A DNA stretch of 37,947 nucleotides, taken from positions 1 through 37,947 of the IMG/VR virus record IMGVR_UViG_3300028027_000121, one strand, 5' to 3'. The notes under the pieces were generated by a model. The model was not told where the DNA came from. It saw only the letters and a list, made by a program, of their open reading frames with translations, and ran no database searches. This stretch comes from a virus (lineage: Duplodnaviria > Caudoviricetes). This document shows, in pieces, positions 26,456 through 37,716 of this stretch. The position numbers and the translations under genes are program-made. Numbering within the stretch: the first letter of the stretch is position 1; each line of letters begins with the position of its first letter.

Positions 26456-27378
26456 TAAAAACTCCACAAGAGATTAAACAGCTGCTAGATGAGTATGTAA
26501 TTGGACATGAACAATCCAAGAAATACTTATCAGTAGCTGCATATAATCATTATAAACGAATGCGCGGTGATAACATTAAAAAAACTAATGTTATGATCAT
26601 AGGACCTACCGGATGTGGGAAAACATACTTGGTATCATGCTTGTCTGATATTTTACAAGTTCCATTCATCACAATAGATTCGACTCAATTGACCGCATCT
26701 GGTTATGAGGGTAGAAGCGTAGAAGATATTATGACAGAACTGGTTAATGCTTGTGATGGAGATGAAACTTTAGCTGAATACTCAATTATATATTTAGATG
26801 AAATTGATAAGATTAAAAAGAAGAATACAGAAAATGACGTTAATGGATTAGGAGTACAACAAGCATTACTCAAACTAGTTGAAGGTAGTGATGTTGTATA
26901 TACTTCTGAAAGTGGTAACTCCCAAGGCAAAAAACATGATAGTAAAATAAACACTAAAAATATGTTATTTATTTGTTCTGGAGCATTTGTTGATTTACCT
27001 AATATTGAAACAACTTCACTGATTAAATATGGAATGATTCCTGAATTTTTAGGAAGATTTTCTATTATAACAAAATTAAATGAATTAACAATTAGTAATT
27101 TTAAACAAATTTTAAAAGACTCAAAGGGGTCTATTTTAAATTCATTTAGAGAATGGTTTTCAACTGAAGGAATTGAATTAATTGTAACTGAAGATGCTAT
27201 TAATATATTAGCTAATAATGCAATGGCTAAGGGGTTAGGAGCGCGGGGACTACAAGGTAGTCTAGAGGAAGTATTAATAGACGCACAATTTCAAGCCCCT
27301 AGTCTTACAACTAAGCCCAGACAGTTTGTCCTAGATGCTCATGTGATGATTACAAAAAAACCTAAATGGGTTTATTAG
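26446..27378 (+). CDS. clpX: ClpX-like AAA+ ATPase (truncated)
   Basis: LDEYVIG, AAYNHYKR, GPTGCGKT, DEIDKI, GVQQALLKLVEG, PEFLGRF, GARGL. Confidence 0.88.
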   Translation: MGVIKTPQEIKQLLDEYVIGHEQSKKYLSVAAYNHYKRMRGDNIKKTNVMIIGPTGCGKTYLVSCLSDILQVPFITIDSTQLTASGYEGRSVEDIMTELVNACDGDETLAEYSIIYLDEIDKIKKKNTENDVNGLGVQQALLKLVEGSDVVYTSESGNSQGKKHDSKINTKNMLFICSGAFVDLPNIETTSLIKYGMIPEFLGRFSIITKLNELTISNFKQILKDSKGSILNSFREWFSTEGIELIVTEDAINILANNAMAKGLGARGLQGSLEEVLIDAQFQAPSLTTKPRQFVLDAHVMITKKPKWVY

Positions 27379-27783
27379 TATTGACAAAATAGGTATCTTT
27401 AATGTATATTGTATTTGTTGCTGGGAGGTAACTATGTCAAATGTAATTAGACTTAATCGAAATCAACTAGTTGAGTATAAAGGCGATTTTTATACAGCAG
27501 AAGAACTGGCTAAAGTATTGGCTGTAAATTCTAATTTTGAAATTGTAATAAATGATGAAGACGATTCTTGGTTTGGTACTGCGATGAAGGAACTTCGGGA
27601 AAAAGACTAGATGAAGTTTAATGATCATACTTTTCACAGAAACAGTCGTTTATCGACTGTTTCTGCTTCAAATATTATATATCTAATTGAATTTAGAAGG
27701 TATATAAAAGAATGTGTCCAATTCAAAAAACCTATTGACTTTGAAATAGCAAAACATCTACTATATAGATATAGAGGAATGTA

Positions 27784-30078
27784 ATGTCAGATTATACTAA
27801 TAAACTTATCTATGGTAAAAATGCTTTAGAACGAATTGTATCAATTGAAGTTCAGGATGATACGGCTACTGTCTTTAGAGAATTAGAAGATGGGTCTCTA
27901 GATATTCAAAAACATTCAAATAGATTCTGGATATTGGGATCAAGAGCGTTTAGCCAAGGATGGGTTAAATTAGAAGGCGACCAATACTTCAAATACGGAA
28001 AACAATACACCAAGTTCTCAACGTACTTAGAAGAGAAAAAGAAATTGCCGTACAAGGAAATTTATACTGTTGGAAACGCCGTAGAATCGTTAATGATTAA
28101 AGATGGACTGACTATGTTTAAAGGTATGAAGCATACCGACATATCAATCCTAAGTTTTGATATTGAGACAACCGGGCTAGAACATACTACAGATTCTAAA
28201 GTTATTCTTATTTCTAATACATTTAGAAAAAAAGGAGTAATTACTCGTAAGTTGTTTTCGTATGACGATTATTCTAATTGTGCTGAAATGATTGATGACT
28301 GGGCTAATTGGGTAAGAGATGTAGATCCTAGCGTCATGATAGGACACAACATCTATGCATATGATTTACCTTACATGAATTTTTGTCATTCTAAATATTC
28401 GGATAATGGTATAATCCTAGGAAGACTAGATAAGGTTATCTATTTCAATAGCTATCCATCTAAGTATAGGGTCGATGGAAGTCGTGAGCTTAACTATCAC
28501 AAAGTACAAATCTATGGAAGAGAAATTGTAGATACGATGTTTCTAGCTTATAAGTATGATTCTGTAGAAAAGAAATATGAATCTTATGGATTAAAGAAAA
28601 TTATAGCGGCTGAAGGGTTAGAGAAAGAAAATCGAGTATTCTACGATGCCAGCAAGATACGGGTTAATTACAAAGATAAACATGAGTTTGAAATAATTAA
28701 AGAATACTGCAAGGACGACTCAGATGATTCACTGACTCTGTATGATTTAATGGTAGCTCCTACATTCTACTTAACTCAGTCAATACCCAAGCCATTCCAG
28801 TTGGTAGTAGAATCTGCTACAGGATCACAGATCAATTCACTCCTAGTGAGAGCTTATCTACAGGACAGACACTCTGTAGCTAAATCAGATGACCTAACTA
28901 ACGAAGTAGTGGAGGGAGGTATTTCCTTTGCTGTTCCGGGAATATATAAGAATGTATTTAAAGTAGATATTAAATCTTGTTACCCTTCACAAATTCTAAG
29001 ATTTAAACTACACGATACAAAGAAGGATCCAAAATCCTATTACTACCAGCTTGTAGAATATTTTACATTACAAAGATTTGAATATAAAAAACTGATGATT
29101 GAAACAGGGGAGTCTCATTATAAAAACCTCGATGCCATGGCGAAGATATTTATTAATAGTTCTTACGGTGTTGCTAATACAAGTGGTCTCAATTACAATT
29201 CCGCTGCTGTGGCCCGTAAAATCACCGTGGAATCTCGTGCCATTATTGACATGTCTCTTAGGTGGGCTAGTGGTAATGGTTACAACCATTGGGCTAATAA
29301 TTTCTATGAAGCAGTGGGAGAAAAAGTTGAAGACAGAGTATTCCTATCTTTACCAGGATCAGAACTCCCAATCAAGTATCGGCATAACTTTACAATAGGA
29401 CCAAGTGACACTGACTCTATTTCATTCTGTAAAAATGATATGAGCGAGTTTACTCCAGAAGAATTAAAAACTCTCCTGAAAGAGATAAATGAACAGTCTC
29501 CAGAGAAGATCTTCTGGGAAGATGACGGTTACTTTAAAACAATCATAGCTCTTAAAGCTAAGAACTATGTTTTATATGACGGGAAGAAACTTAAGATTAA
29601 AGGCTCTGCATTAAAAGCAAGCACTAAGTCTGAAGCAATGAAAGAGTTTACTCGTAAAACGATTGAAACACTTGCATATAAGCCAGATACCGCAAAGGAA
29701 GAACTAAAATCTCTCTACGCTGAATTTGTATCAGAAGCCTTAAACATTACAGATATTAAAAGATGGTCATCAAGAAAAACGCTATCTGAAACAATGATCA
29801 AGTCAAGCAGGAAGAATGAAACTAAGGTAATAGACGCAATCAAGGGGTCTGACTATAGGGAAGGCGACCGGTTCTTTGTGTTCCCAAGAGCGGACGACAC
29901 TCTATGTCTATGCGAGAATTTCTCTGGAGAATACGATAAAGTCCATATGCTTCAAAATATCTGGGACACAATGAGTATATTTGATACTATACTCCCAGTA
30001 AAAGAGTTATTTATAAACTACAGTCTAAAGAAAAATTATAAACTACTTGACAATCAAGCATCGCAACAGGTATCCTGA
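27784..30078 (+). CDS. family B DNA polymerase
   Basis: SFDIET, GHNIYAYD exonuclease motifs; DIKSCYPS, KIFINSSYG, DTDS, KNY. Confidence 0.93.
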   Translation: MSDYTNKLIYGKNALERIVSIEVQDDTATVFRELEDGSLDIQKHSNRFWILGSRAFSQGWVKLEGDQYFKYGKQYTKFSTYLEEKKKLPYKEIYTVGNAVESLMIKDGLTMFKGMKHTDISILSFDIETTGLEHTTDSKVILISNTFRKKGVITRKLFSYDDYSNCAEMIDDWANWVRDVDPSVMIGHNIYAYDLPYMNFCHSKYSDNGIILGRLDKVIYFNSYPSKYRVDGSRELNYHKVQIYGREIVDTMFLAYKYDSVEKKYESYGLKKIIAAEGLEKENRVFYDASKIRVNYKDKHEFEIIKEYCKDDSDDSLTLYDLMVAPTFYLTQSIPKPFQLVVESATGSQINSLLVRAYLQDRHSVAKSDDLTNEVVEGGISFAVPGIYKNVFKVDIKSCYPSQILRFKLHDTKKDPKSYYYQLVEYFTLQRFEYKKLMIETGESHYKNLDAMAKIFINSSYGVANTSGLNYNSAAVARKITVESRAIIDMSLRWASGNGYNHWANNFYEAVGEKVEDRVFLSLPGSELPIKYRHNFTIGPSDTDSISFCKNDMSEFTPEELKTLLKEINEQSPEKIFWEDDGYFKTIIALKAKNYVLYDGKKLKIKGSALKASTKSEAMKEFTRKTIETLAYKPDTAKEELKSLYAEFVSEALNITDIKRWSSRKTLSETMIKSSRKNETKVIDAIKGSDYREGDRFFVFPRADDTLCLCENFSGEYDKVHMLQNIWDTMSIFDTILPVKELFINYSLKKNYKLLDNQASQQVS

Positions 30079-30424
30079 GTTTGGCGTTACGAGTTGGAAA
30101 GACTGTACGCCATATCTACAAGGAAATTAAATGCAAGATAAACTTAAATTTATATTAATCGGGTATACATTAACAATAACTAATCTATTATTAATTGGAA
30201 CCAGACTAAACACATTGGGCATTGCTTTTGGATTAACAGGGGCTTTGTTTTTTATCAAAGCGATTTTAATTAGAAAATGAAAATTACAGACGAGTTTCAA
30301 AAAATGAGTCCATACGAAAGGTATAAACTTAAAGTTGATTTTTTAAGGTTTATAGCTACGATGGGTGCTCCATTCATGATTATACTTTTAGGACATTTAA
30401 CGAAACAATATTTGGGGTGGTAAA

Positions 30425-31408
30425 ATGGGCTTTCTTCGTCTAAAATCTAAAATCGCTCTTGACGATATGCCGCTGGGTTCCAGAATTGAGGAATCAGATT
30501 TTTCAACTCTTACCGATTCAGGTAACTTTTGTCAATTTGAATATGTAGAAGAAGATGATCAAATTGAAGGCGAAACTGCCAAACCCGGGATTTTCAGTAT
30601 TGTTAAAACAATGGCTGGACTCAAACTAGAAAAAACAGAATTTACTAAAGATGATGTGTTAAAGGATTTTGTAAACACAAAAGAAGTTACCGACAAGATT
30701 GAAATGTTTTTCCAAGCTATTCCTAAATATGACAAATATGGAATCTTCCCAAAACGAGGAGCTTTACTATTTGGACCTCCAGGAACAGGTAAAACTACGA
30801 TCATTGCCGAGACATGCCGGAAACATACTAGAGAAGGAGACACATTTATCCTTCTATGGCATACTGATAAAATTGAAGCAGGGGATGTAAAAGACTTTGT
30901 TAAGCATTTGAAATATGAAAGTGTGACCAAGATGATTCTAGTTGCCGAAGATATTGGTGGAGTTGAAATTGATCAGGCTAGAATTAGATCAGAGTCAGCG
31001 CTACTAAGTCTATTGGACAATCAAGAGCAAACATTTAAAATCCCTGTTTATATCCTTGCTACTACAAACTATCCAGAAAATTTCATGGGTAACTTAACAA
31101 ATAGACCGAATCGTTTTGATGATAAGATTAGAGTAGGATACCCTAAAGGTGAAGCTAGACAACAGTTATTGAAGTTCTACGATAAAGAAGGACTTGTAGA
31201 TGAAGAAGCTCTATCTCTTATTGCATCTAAGAAATGTGACGAGTTCAGTCCAGCTCACTTAAGAGAAGTAATTATTCGATCAGCTATATATTCAGCATTG
31301 CCAACCTTGACTATTCGTGCTATGATCAAGGAGATTGAAGAGTACCAGAAGGCATTTGCCGAGAAAGGTAACAAACGAACTGGACTAATGATATACGAGG
31401 ATGATTAA
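30425..31408 (+). CDS. AAA+ ATPase
   Basis: GPPGTGKT, AEDI, ATTN, RPNRFD. Confidence 0.88.
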   Translation: MGFLRLKSKIALDDMPLGSRIEESDFSTLTDSGNFCQFEYVEEDDQIEGETAKPGIFSIVKTMAGLKLEKTEFTKDDVLKDFVNTKEVTDKIEMFFQAIPKYDKYGIFPKRGALLFGPPGTGKTTIIAETCRKHTREGDTFILLWHTDKIEAGDVKDFVKHLKYESVTKMILVAEDIGGVEIDQARIRSESALLSLLDNQEQTFKIPVYILATTNYPENFMGNLTNRPNRFDDKIRVGYPKGEARQQLLKFYDKEGLVDEEALSLIASKKCDEFSPAHLREVIIRSAIYSALPTLTIRAMIKEIEEYQKAFAEKGNKRTGLMIYEDD

Positions 31409-31740
31409 TGTTTACATGTCGAGTATGTACATCAAGCAATCTTGAATTAAGTCAGATGAAAAAAGAAAAAAGATTAGTAGAAAGCCTACGCGGTATCTGT
31501 AAAAGCTGTAGTAGCGAATATGAAAAGTTTAGAGTTGCTAGACAAAAAGCAGACCGAGATGAGAATAATCATCTACAGTGCGATGATTGCGATAGAGTGT
31601 TTTATAAGTATAGCAGGGGTAACCCTTGTGGAAATAATAAAATCACTAACAGTCAACCAGAGTTATATGAACTTACATACAAAAAACTGTTAAATGTTAA
31701 CTGTCCCTTTTGTAAGAGTGAAAATATTGAGAGGTATTAA
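31408..31740 (+). CDS. multi-CxxC Zn-finger protein
   Basis: CRVC, CKSC, CDDC, CPFC. Confidence 0.65.
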   Translation: MFTCRVCTSSNLELSQMKKEKRLVESLRGICKSCSSEYEKFRVARQKADRDENNHLQCDDCDRVFYKYSRGNPCGNNKITNSQPELYELTYKKLLNVNCPFCKSENIERY

Positions 31741-31955
31741 TGATTGAATCAATTGGATCTGTATGCGTTAAAGAAGAAGTAAAAAACACAGAGTACGTTT
31801 GTGCTTGTCAAAAATGTGAGAAAAAATAATGGCAACTATTCTAGCAGTTATATGTCAAAAAATAAAAACTCCAGAATTAATTCCAATCGCAGTTGTTGTT
31901 GGATTTGCTCTTGATTTTATTATTGTATGTAATTATTTAAAACAATAGGATTTAA

Positions 31956-32210
31956 ATGAGCAATGTTATTGATTTAAGTGATTATAAAAAGATTAAACAT
32001 CTTGATAAGAACATTAAAGAACTAACTCAAATTTCCATCATTTTAAAAAAATCCATTCAGGACTTGACAAAGTTTGATCATTATAGTAGTATCAGAAGAA
32101 GACTTGATGATCTATTCGTTCTTTATCAAGACATTAAACTTCATAAAAATAAAAAGATTGAAGTATTAAAAAGGTTACAAAATGAAAAAGAAACCGTGGT
32201 TAAAATCTGA
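31956..32210 (+). CDS. hypothetical protein
   Basis: AGGA SD; MSNVIDL start. Confidence 0.65.
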   Translation: MSNVIDLSDYKKIKHLDKNIKELTQISIILKKSIQDLTKFDHYSSIRRRLDDLFVLYQDIKLHKNKKIEVLKRLQNEKETVVKI

Positions 32211-32973
32211 AATAACTTTTGTGTTAAAACAACATAAAAAAGGACTGTCACGCAAGCAGATCGCTAAAGAATTTAATTCTAAATACAATAGTGATAGAAG
32301 TCAAGACTCTATTAAGCACTGCATTGACACTCATGGATTAAGTATTGAGAAAGATATAAAGAAAGTTCTAATTATAGATATTGAAACCAGAAGTTTAGTA
32401 GTTAAGACTTGGGGATTGTTCGATCAGAATATCGGATTAAACCAAGTGGTAGAAGATGGCGGAATACTTAGCTGGTCGGCTAAATGGATCGGTTCTGATA
32501 CAGTTCTATACAAAGATGTTAAAGGTGACAAGTCTAAAGAAAAAGAATTACTTGCCCCTCTTTGGAAGTTAATGGACGATGCTGATATTGTAATTGGTCA
32601 AAACTCTAACTCATTCGATATTAAAAAACTTAACGCTAAATTTCTTGAATATAACCTAGGGTGTCCTAGTGAGTATAAGAAAATTGACACATTACGAATG
32701 GCTAGAAAGCATTATGGATTTCTCAGTAATAAGCTAGAGTATTTATCTAAAAAGTTATGTACTATTAAAAAGCTGGCTCATAGTAAGTTTCCAGGATTCT
32801 CTTTATGGGACCAATGTGAAAAAGGTAATAAAGAAGCTTGGAAAGAAATGAAGATATATAACATGGCAGATGTTTCAGCAACAGAAGAATTATTCTTAAA
32901 ACTTTCTGAGTTTGATAAGACAATCCCAACTACAGATGCATTACGCGCATATCAAGCCGCTAAAAAGAAGTAA
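32182..32973 (+). CDS. RNase H-fold 3'-5' exonuclease with N-terminal HTH
   Basis: IDIET, QNSNSFD, IDTL, YNMADV. Confidence 0.85.
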   Translation: MKKKPWLKSEITFVLKQHKKGLSRKQIAKEFNSKYNSDRSQDSIKHCIDTHGLSIEKDIKKVLIIDIETRSLVVKTWGLFDQNIGLNQVVEDGGILSWSAKWIGSDTVLYKDVKGDKSKEKELLAPLWKLMDDADIVIGQNSNSFDIKKLNAKFLEYNLGCPSEYKKIDTLRMARKHYGFLSNKLEYLSKKLCTIKKLAHSKFPGFSLWDQCEKGNKEAWKEMKIYNMADVSATEELFLKLSEFDKTIPTTDALRAYQAAKKK

Positions 32974-32976
32974 CCT

Positions 32977-33321
32977 ATGTCTAGTATAACTTTGAGTATC
33001 AAGGGTAGAGATTGGACTTTTATTTTAATGGCAGATAAAAGATTTGACAAGCTACACAATAATCTAGATAATCAAGAAGGATTAAATGTGGCAATGACAG
33101 TAGGAACTATTTATGAAGTGCATTTTCGTAAATCCAACTGGGACTTGATTACAATTAGACATGAGATTTTTCATGTGTTATACAACATGAGTTTGTCAGG
33201 ATCTGCAGAATTAACTCCTTCTCAAGTAGAAGAAATCTCTGCGGAGATTGTTGGGCATCATTCACTAGAAATTTGTTTATGGACAGACCGAATAGCGGAA
33301 AAATTCTTAGGGAGGGAATAA
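32977..33321 (+). CDS. small HEXXH protein
   Basis: HEIFH ... EE. Confidence 0.6.
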   Translation: MSSITLSIKGRDWTFILMADKRFDKLHNNLDNQEGLNVAMTVGTIYEVHFRKSNWDLITIRHEIFHVLYNMSLSGSAELTPSQVEEISAEIVGHHSLEICLWTDRIAEKFLGRE

Positions 33322-33989
33322 TGACCATATTGGCAATAGCCGGAAAAGCAGGAGCTGGTAAAGATACTATGGCAGATGTTTTAGTTAAAAAGCATGGATT
33401 CACTAGAGTAGCGTTGGCTGATCCTTTAAGAGAACTTTGTTCAAAAGTTTTTAGAATGGATTACAACATGTTTTTAGATCATGATAAAAAAGATAAAGAA
33501 ATTAATACTATAATACTAGATTACCATCATATTGATAAAATCAGAGAAATTGTTCAAAATGAATGGGGATATACAATAAGCTATGATATGAGAGAGAATA
33601 TGGAGGAGTATTACGATGAAGAGTTTGAAACCCCTCGGGATATTTTGCGGTGCATTGGAACTAAGTTATTGCGTAATTGTGTTAGCCGTGATATCTGGAT
33701 TGAGCTGGCCATTAACAAAATACGAACAATCGGACCAAAGATTGTTATAACTGATTGTCGGTTTGAAAATGAAAGAGAAGCATTTGAACGATGTGGAGCT
33801 GTTATGATATTGGTTAAACGAATTGACGATCAAGAAGAAAGACACGAACATGACCTTGGCGAAGAAGAAGAATATGACGTTGTCTTTACTAATAACGGGT
33901 CTCTAAGTGAATTTCAATCTACTGTAGATATGTGGTATACTTTAAGAAAAAATGATTTAAATCTTTACAAGGTGTTTGTTTATGAGTAA
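33321..33989 (+). CDS. deoxynucleoside monophosphate kinase
   Basis: GKAGAGKDT, ADPLR, PRDIL..GT, TDCRFENE; start at ATG 33321 after GGAGG. Confidence 0.88.
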   Translation: MTILAIAGKAGAGKDTMADVLVKKHGFTRVALADPLRELCSKVFRMDYNMFLDHDKKDKEINTIILDYHHIDKIREIVQNEWGYTISYDMRENMEEYYDEEFETPRDILRCIGTKLLRNCVSRDIWIELAINKIRTIGPKIVITDCRFENEREAFERCGAVMILVKRIDDQEERHEHDLGEEEEYDVVFTNNGSLSEFQSTVDMWYTLRKNDLNLYKVFVYE

Positions 33990-34102
33990 TGATCAATTAG
34001 ATAGACTAATTGCATTAGGAACGGACCTAACAGTTAATGGAGAGTGTCCATTCTGCGTAGTGCCATGTGATAATAGCTGGTGTGACTATACAAAGGAACA
34101 AG

Positions 34103-34525
34103 ATGAAAGTTAAAATAATGCCATTAAATTACGCACATATTCCTTCATACGCCAAAGAAGGAGACGCTGGATTAGACCTAACCGCTACATCAAAAGAAGA
34201 AAACGGTATGTATGTAGAATACGGAACCAGTTTAGCTATTGAAATACCGGAGGGTTATGTTGGACTTTTATATCCTAGGTCTTCTATATCTAAGTATCAT
34301 CTGGTGCTGGCAAACTCTGTAGGGGTTATCGACTCAAACTATCGAGGCGAGATCAAGCTACGATTCAAGAAAACTGTTGACAACTTATACGAGAATCTAT
34401 ATAATGTGGGAGATAGAGTAGGACAATTAATAATCATGCCCTATCCACGTATTGAATTAGAGGTAGCTACTGAGTTAAGCGATACAACCCGCGGACAATC
34501 CGGATTTGGCTCATCCGGTAAATAG
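34103..34525 (+). CDS. dut: trimeric dUTPase
   Basis: AGLDL, PRSS, GVIDSNYRGE, GQL, RGQSGFGSSG. Confidence 0.95.
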   Translation: MKVKIMPLNYAHIPSYAKEGDAGLDLTATSKEENGMYVEYGTSLAIEIPEGYVGLLYPRSSISKYHLVLANSVGVIDSNYRGEIKLRFKKTVDNLYENLYNVGDRVGQLIIMPYPRIELEVATELSDTTRGQSGFGSSGK

Positions 34526-34531
34526 GAGTAT

Positions 34532-34804
34532 ATGGCAAGACCTTCAGATCGAGAATACGAACTTAAGCGTCAAATTAAAGAATTAAAGGAACAAAACGGT
34601 AGACTAGAAGACGAGATCAAAAAGCTAAAGAAGAGTCTAGAAAAGTTAGAAGTTAAAGACCCAGACACTAAAAAGAAGCCAGGAAAGGTTGTAGTTAAGC
34701 CTTGTCCAGATTGTGGCAAGGAAATAAGAGTAACAGATTTACCACATGCCAAGATGGAACTATGTAGCGCTGGATGTGGTTTTAGACAAGTGAGGAATAA
34801 ATGA
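34532..34804 (+). CDS. coiled-coil + Zn-ribbon protein
   Basis: heptad region, CPDCG...CSAGCG. Confidence 0.65.
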   Translation: MARPSDREYELKRQIKELKEQNGRLEDEIKKLKKSLEKLEVKDPDTKKKPGKVVVKPCPDCGKEIRVTDLPHAKMELCSAGCGFRQVRNK

Positions 34805-34984
34805 TACAATTAGTAAATGGCAATGATGACAGTATCCTAGTAAATACTAATAATATAACATATATTGTACCCATCTATACAAATGGCAAAATAGTTGGAA
34901 GTAATATCGTATTTGGCGAGAGTAGATCAATTTCTGTAAAACAGAGTGTTGAATCTATTTTAGAATTAATCAACGATATTTCAA

Positions 34985-35425
34985 ATGGAAGATAATAAAA
35001 GTGCCCGGGTTGTAGCCAAGAAATCCAAAGGCAAACAAACCCTCTCTACATTTATCAAAGGCTTACTACGACGAGGCTCATTCCATTGGAGAGCACGTAC
35101 AGAAGCCATGACTGCTGCCAGAGTAGAACGTGGTAAGTATAAATGTGCTAGCTGTCAAGACCTATTTGGACCAAAGGATGTGGCACTAGATCATATTCAA
35201 CCAGTAGTAGACCCTAAGTTAGGCTTTACTACATGGGATGATTATATCGCTCGATTATTCTGTGCCGCAGAAGGATTTCAAGTTATCTGTAATGTTTGCC
35301 ATGATGCAAAGACTCAAGTTGAGGATGCCATGCGAGAGCACTATAAAGCGGAAAAAGAGAATATGCCAGACTTCACCTCCGATAAGAAGTATACAAAAAA
35401 GAAAGGAAAAAAGAATGAAGCCTGA
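34985..35425 (+). CDS. HNH endonuclease
   Basis: CASC, DHIQPV, CNVCHDAKT. Confidence 0.85.
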   Translation: MEDNKSARVVAKKSKGKQTLSTFIKGLLRRGSFHWRARTEAMTAARVERGKYKCASCQDLFGPKDVALDHIQPVVDPKLGFTTWDDYIARLFCAAEGFQVICNVCHDAKTQVEDAMREHYKAEKENMPDFTSDKKYTKKKGKKNEA

Positions 35426-35780
35426 ACAATTATATGGTATACTAGGAATTAAACCTTATATAGAACCAATTCGACCTAAAGTGGACTATATCATTAGTAA
35501 TGACGCTTCCCAGTTATTTAGACTTGCAGCATACTCAGTACAACAAAACCATACGTCCAGATTCGGTATTTCATATAGTGATCAGCTTTTAACTGAATAT
35601 TCCAATGGAGAGACCTTTAAATATGTATACTTTAAAACTCCAAATTCACTAGAATCATTACGAGGTTCGGTGGTTGATATTGCATATATTGAGACTGATA
35701 TAAATATCGAAGTATTAAGACCTTATCTCCATAATTTTAAAAATATTATTTATATTGACAAACAAGCAAAGGAAGAGTAA
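35416..35780 (+). CDS. hypothetical protein
   Basis: likely start MKPEQ after AAGGA rather than 35238. Confidence 0.55.
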
Positions 35781-36364
35781 TATGGATCTTGTAGTAGTTT
35801 TATTTGGTGCGATTGGTGGATTATTCCTTTTGTCGCAATTTAACAAATTTAATAATAATAAAAAGCAAAATGAGCTAGAACAAAAAGTTAAAAGCATAAA
35901 AGAAAAAACTGCTGAATTAACTAAAGCTAGTGCTGAAGAAGAAAAGAAAACCCAAGGCGCAGTAAATGAAATTACAAAAGAACAGAATATTGAACTCGTT
36001 GGTAATGCTCTTGCTGATTTTTTCAACAACCGTAAAGGCGGACAGTGATGTGGTTTTTGTCAACAAAAATAGCCCGGCTCCTTTTGACGGAATACTTTTC
36101 ACTGAGAGTAAAGCGAAAGACCTCAGGCGGGATATTCTCGAATCCGATAAGACTAAGATACTCCTTCAATCACAATTACACAAAAGCACAATGTTACAAC
36201 AGGTTATTGAACTTAAAGAAACGGAAATTGAACTCTATAGAAAGCAAAATCAACGACTTCTGGTAAGTGAACAATCGTCAAATACTATGCAATATGTTTG
36301 GTTTGGACTAGGAGTTCTAGCGACAGGCATTGCAGTATACGGAGCAGGGAGTCTTGCTAAGTAA
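35755..36364 (+). CDS. two overlapping membrane/coiled-coil proteins (35755-36048, 35966-36364), spanin-like arrangement
   Basis: first: N-terminal TM + coiled coil; second: signal peptide, coiled coil, C-terminal TM; no lipobox Cys. Confidence 0.45.
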
Positions 36365-37047
36365 TGGCAACAAAAATCCTACCCTCCCAATTATCCTACG
36401 AAGAATTAATAAATCTACTCGGTTCATCAGAACCAGAACCAACTGAACAAATTTTGGAATATACAAATGACGTAGTTCCATTTCTAACTAACTACGGAAT
36501 AACTCCTGGAAATGTTCCAGTATCTAAAAAACTTCTCTATAAATTATACAAGACATATTCTAAAAACGCCATACTCATAAATGAATTCAGTACTAAGGTA
36601 GGTGAGTATATTACAGACAAGTCAACCCTTTATTATTACATAAATTATGATAACTTTGCTATATCTAAGTATATTTATTCAGAGACTGCAAAAAGAGATA
36701 AGACAAAGAGCTTGATCTATCAAAAACATTTTAATTGGTTTATTACAGAAAAACAGGTAAAGACTGGTAGTAAATGGGTGGAAGGATTTGTTTTATTTTA
36801 TATCTATAAGGATTTCTGCAAATCAAGACGAGTCAATCCTAAGTTAGGTTATGTTAATTATCATAAGTTTTTAAAACTACATTTTCAAAATAAACGAATT
36901 AAAGGGAATCGATCTCTTTGGTTTAAAGTAGATCAAGATACATATAGTATATTATCAAATGAGGAAAAAAATGTTATCAGAGAAGCAAGGCAAAAAACGA
37001 GGCGGAGTAAGAAGGAAAGCATCTCCAAATCAGAAGAGACAGCGTAG
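36364..37047 (+). CDS. hypothetical basic protein with two similar halves
   Basis: LYKLYKTYSK and FYIYKDFCK segments; possibly tandem winged helices. Confidence 0.6.
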   Translation: MATKILPSQLSYEELINLLGSSEPEPTEQILEYTNDVVPFLTNYGITPGNVPVSKKLLYKLYKTYSKNAILINEFSTKVGEYITDKSTLYYYINYDNFAISKYIYSETAKRDKTKSLIYQKHFNWFITEKQVKTGSKWVEGFVLFYIYKDFCKSRRVNPKLGYVNYHKFLKLHFQNKRIKGNRSLWFKVDQDTYSILSNEEKNVIREARQKTRRSKKESISKSEETA

Positions 37048-37384
37048 ATCAGACTTTGCTCATCCATACTTAGAACCTAGCGTTTCATTAGTAAAGCGTA
37101 GAGAGGAAGTAGAGGATGTTGCAAGCTATGCTCATTTATTAAATAATGAAGAGAAGGCATGGATGAATCAATTCATGAAAGAATACAACGATGCAGATAC
37201 ACAACATGCCGTATTTCATTTAAATGCTAAAGAAAGAAAGATCTGTAACGATAGAAACAATTCTAGAAATAGATGTTGGTATACTGAAGAAGCAGCTCAG
37301 AATAGATTGAATCTAATCGAGAACGACCAAGAGATGGAAAGACTTATATATGATAATGATGCAGATGATACTGAGGTAGATTAA
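36959..37384 (+). CDS. hypothetical protein, last plus-strand gene
   Basis: GAGG SD; converges with 37381-37713. Confidence 0.65.
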   Translation: MRKKMLSEKQGKKRGGVRRKASPNQKRQRRSDFAHPYLEPSVSLVKRREEVEDVASYAHLLNNEEKAWMNQFMKEYNDADTQHAVFHLNAKERKICNDRNNSRNRCWYTEEAAQNRLNLIENDQEMERLIYDNDADDTEVD

Positions 37385-37713
37385 CGATTTTTATTCATAG
37401 AATCTCTTAATTTTCTATATCTCTCTTCTTTTTTAGCTTCTTCTTGTTGATAGAATAATTTATCAGCATCTGTATTTTGTTGTCTTTCTGCAGACTCGGC
37501 TTGTCTTTGTGGAGCCATATACATTTCTTGATTCTCAGCCAATGCTCTCTGCATTTGTCTTTGCTCAGCAGCCTCTCTTGCTGGTGAAGATTCGTAATTT
37601 TCTCTAGCATCAATACCAGCTTGACGCATTTGTTCCATTTCATCTAACTCTTGAGAATCGCGACCGGCTTGAGTTCTTGACTTTAAATATTCCAATACTT
37701 GTTTTAAGTCCAT
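37381..37713 (-). CDS. Gln/Glu-rich helical protein
   Basis: GAGGA SD on minus strand. Confidence 0.65.
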   Translation of the reverse strand: MDLKQVLEYLKSRTQAGRDSQELDEMEQMRQAGIDARENYESSPAREAAEQRQMQRALAENQEMYMAPQRQAESAERQQNTDADKLFYQQEEAKKEERYRKLRDSMNKNR

Positions 37714-37716
37714 ATA

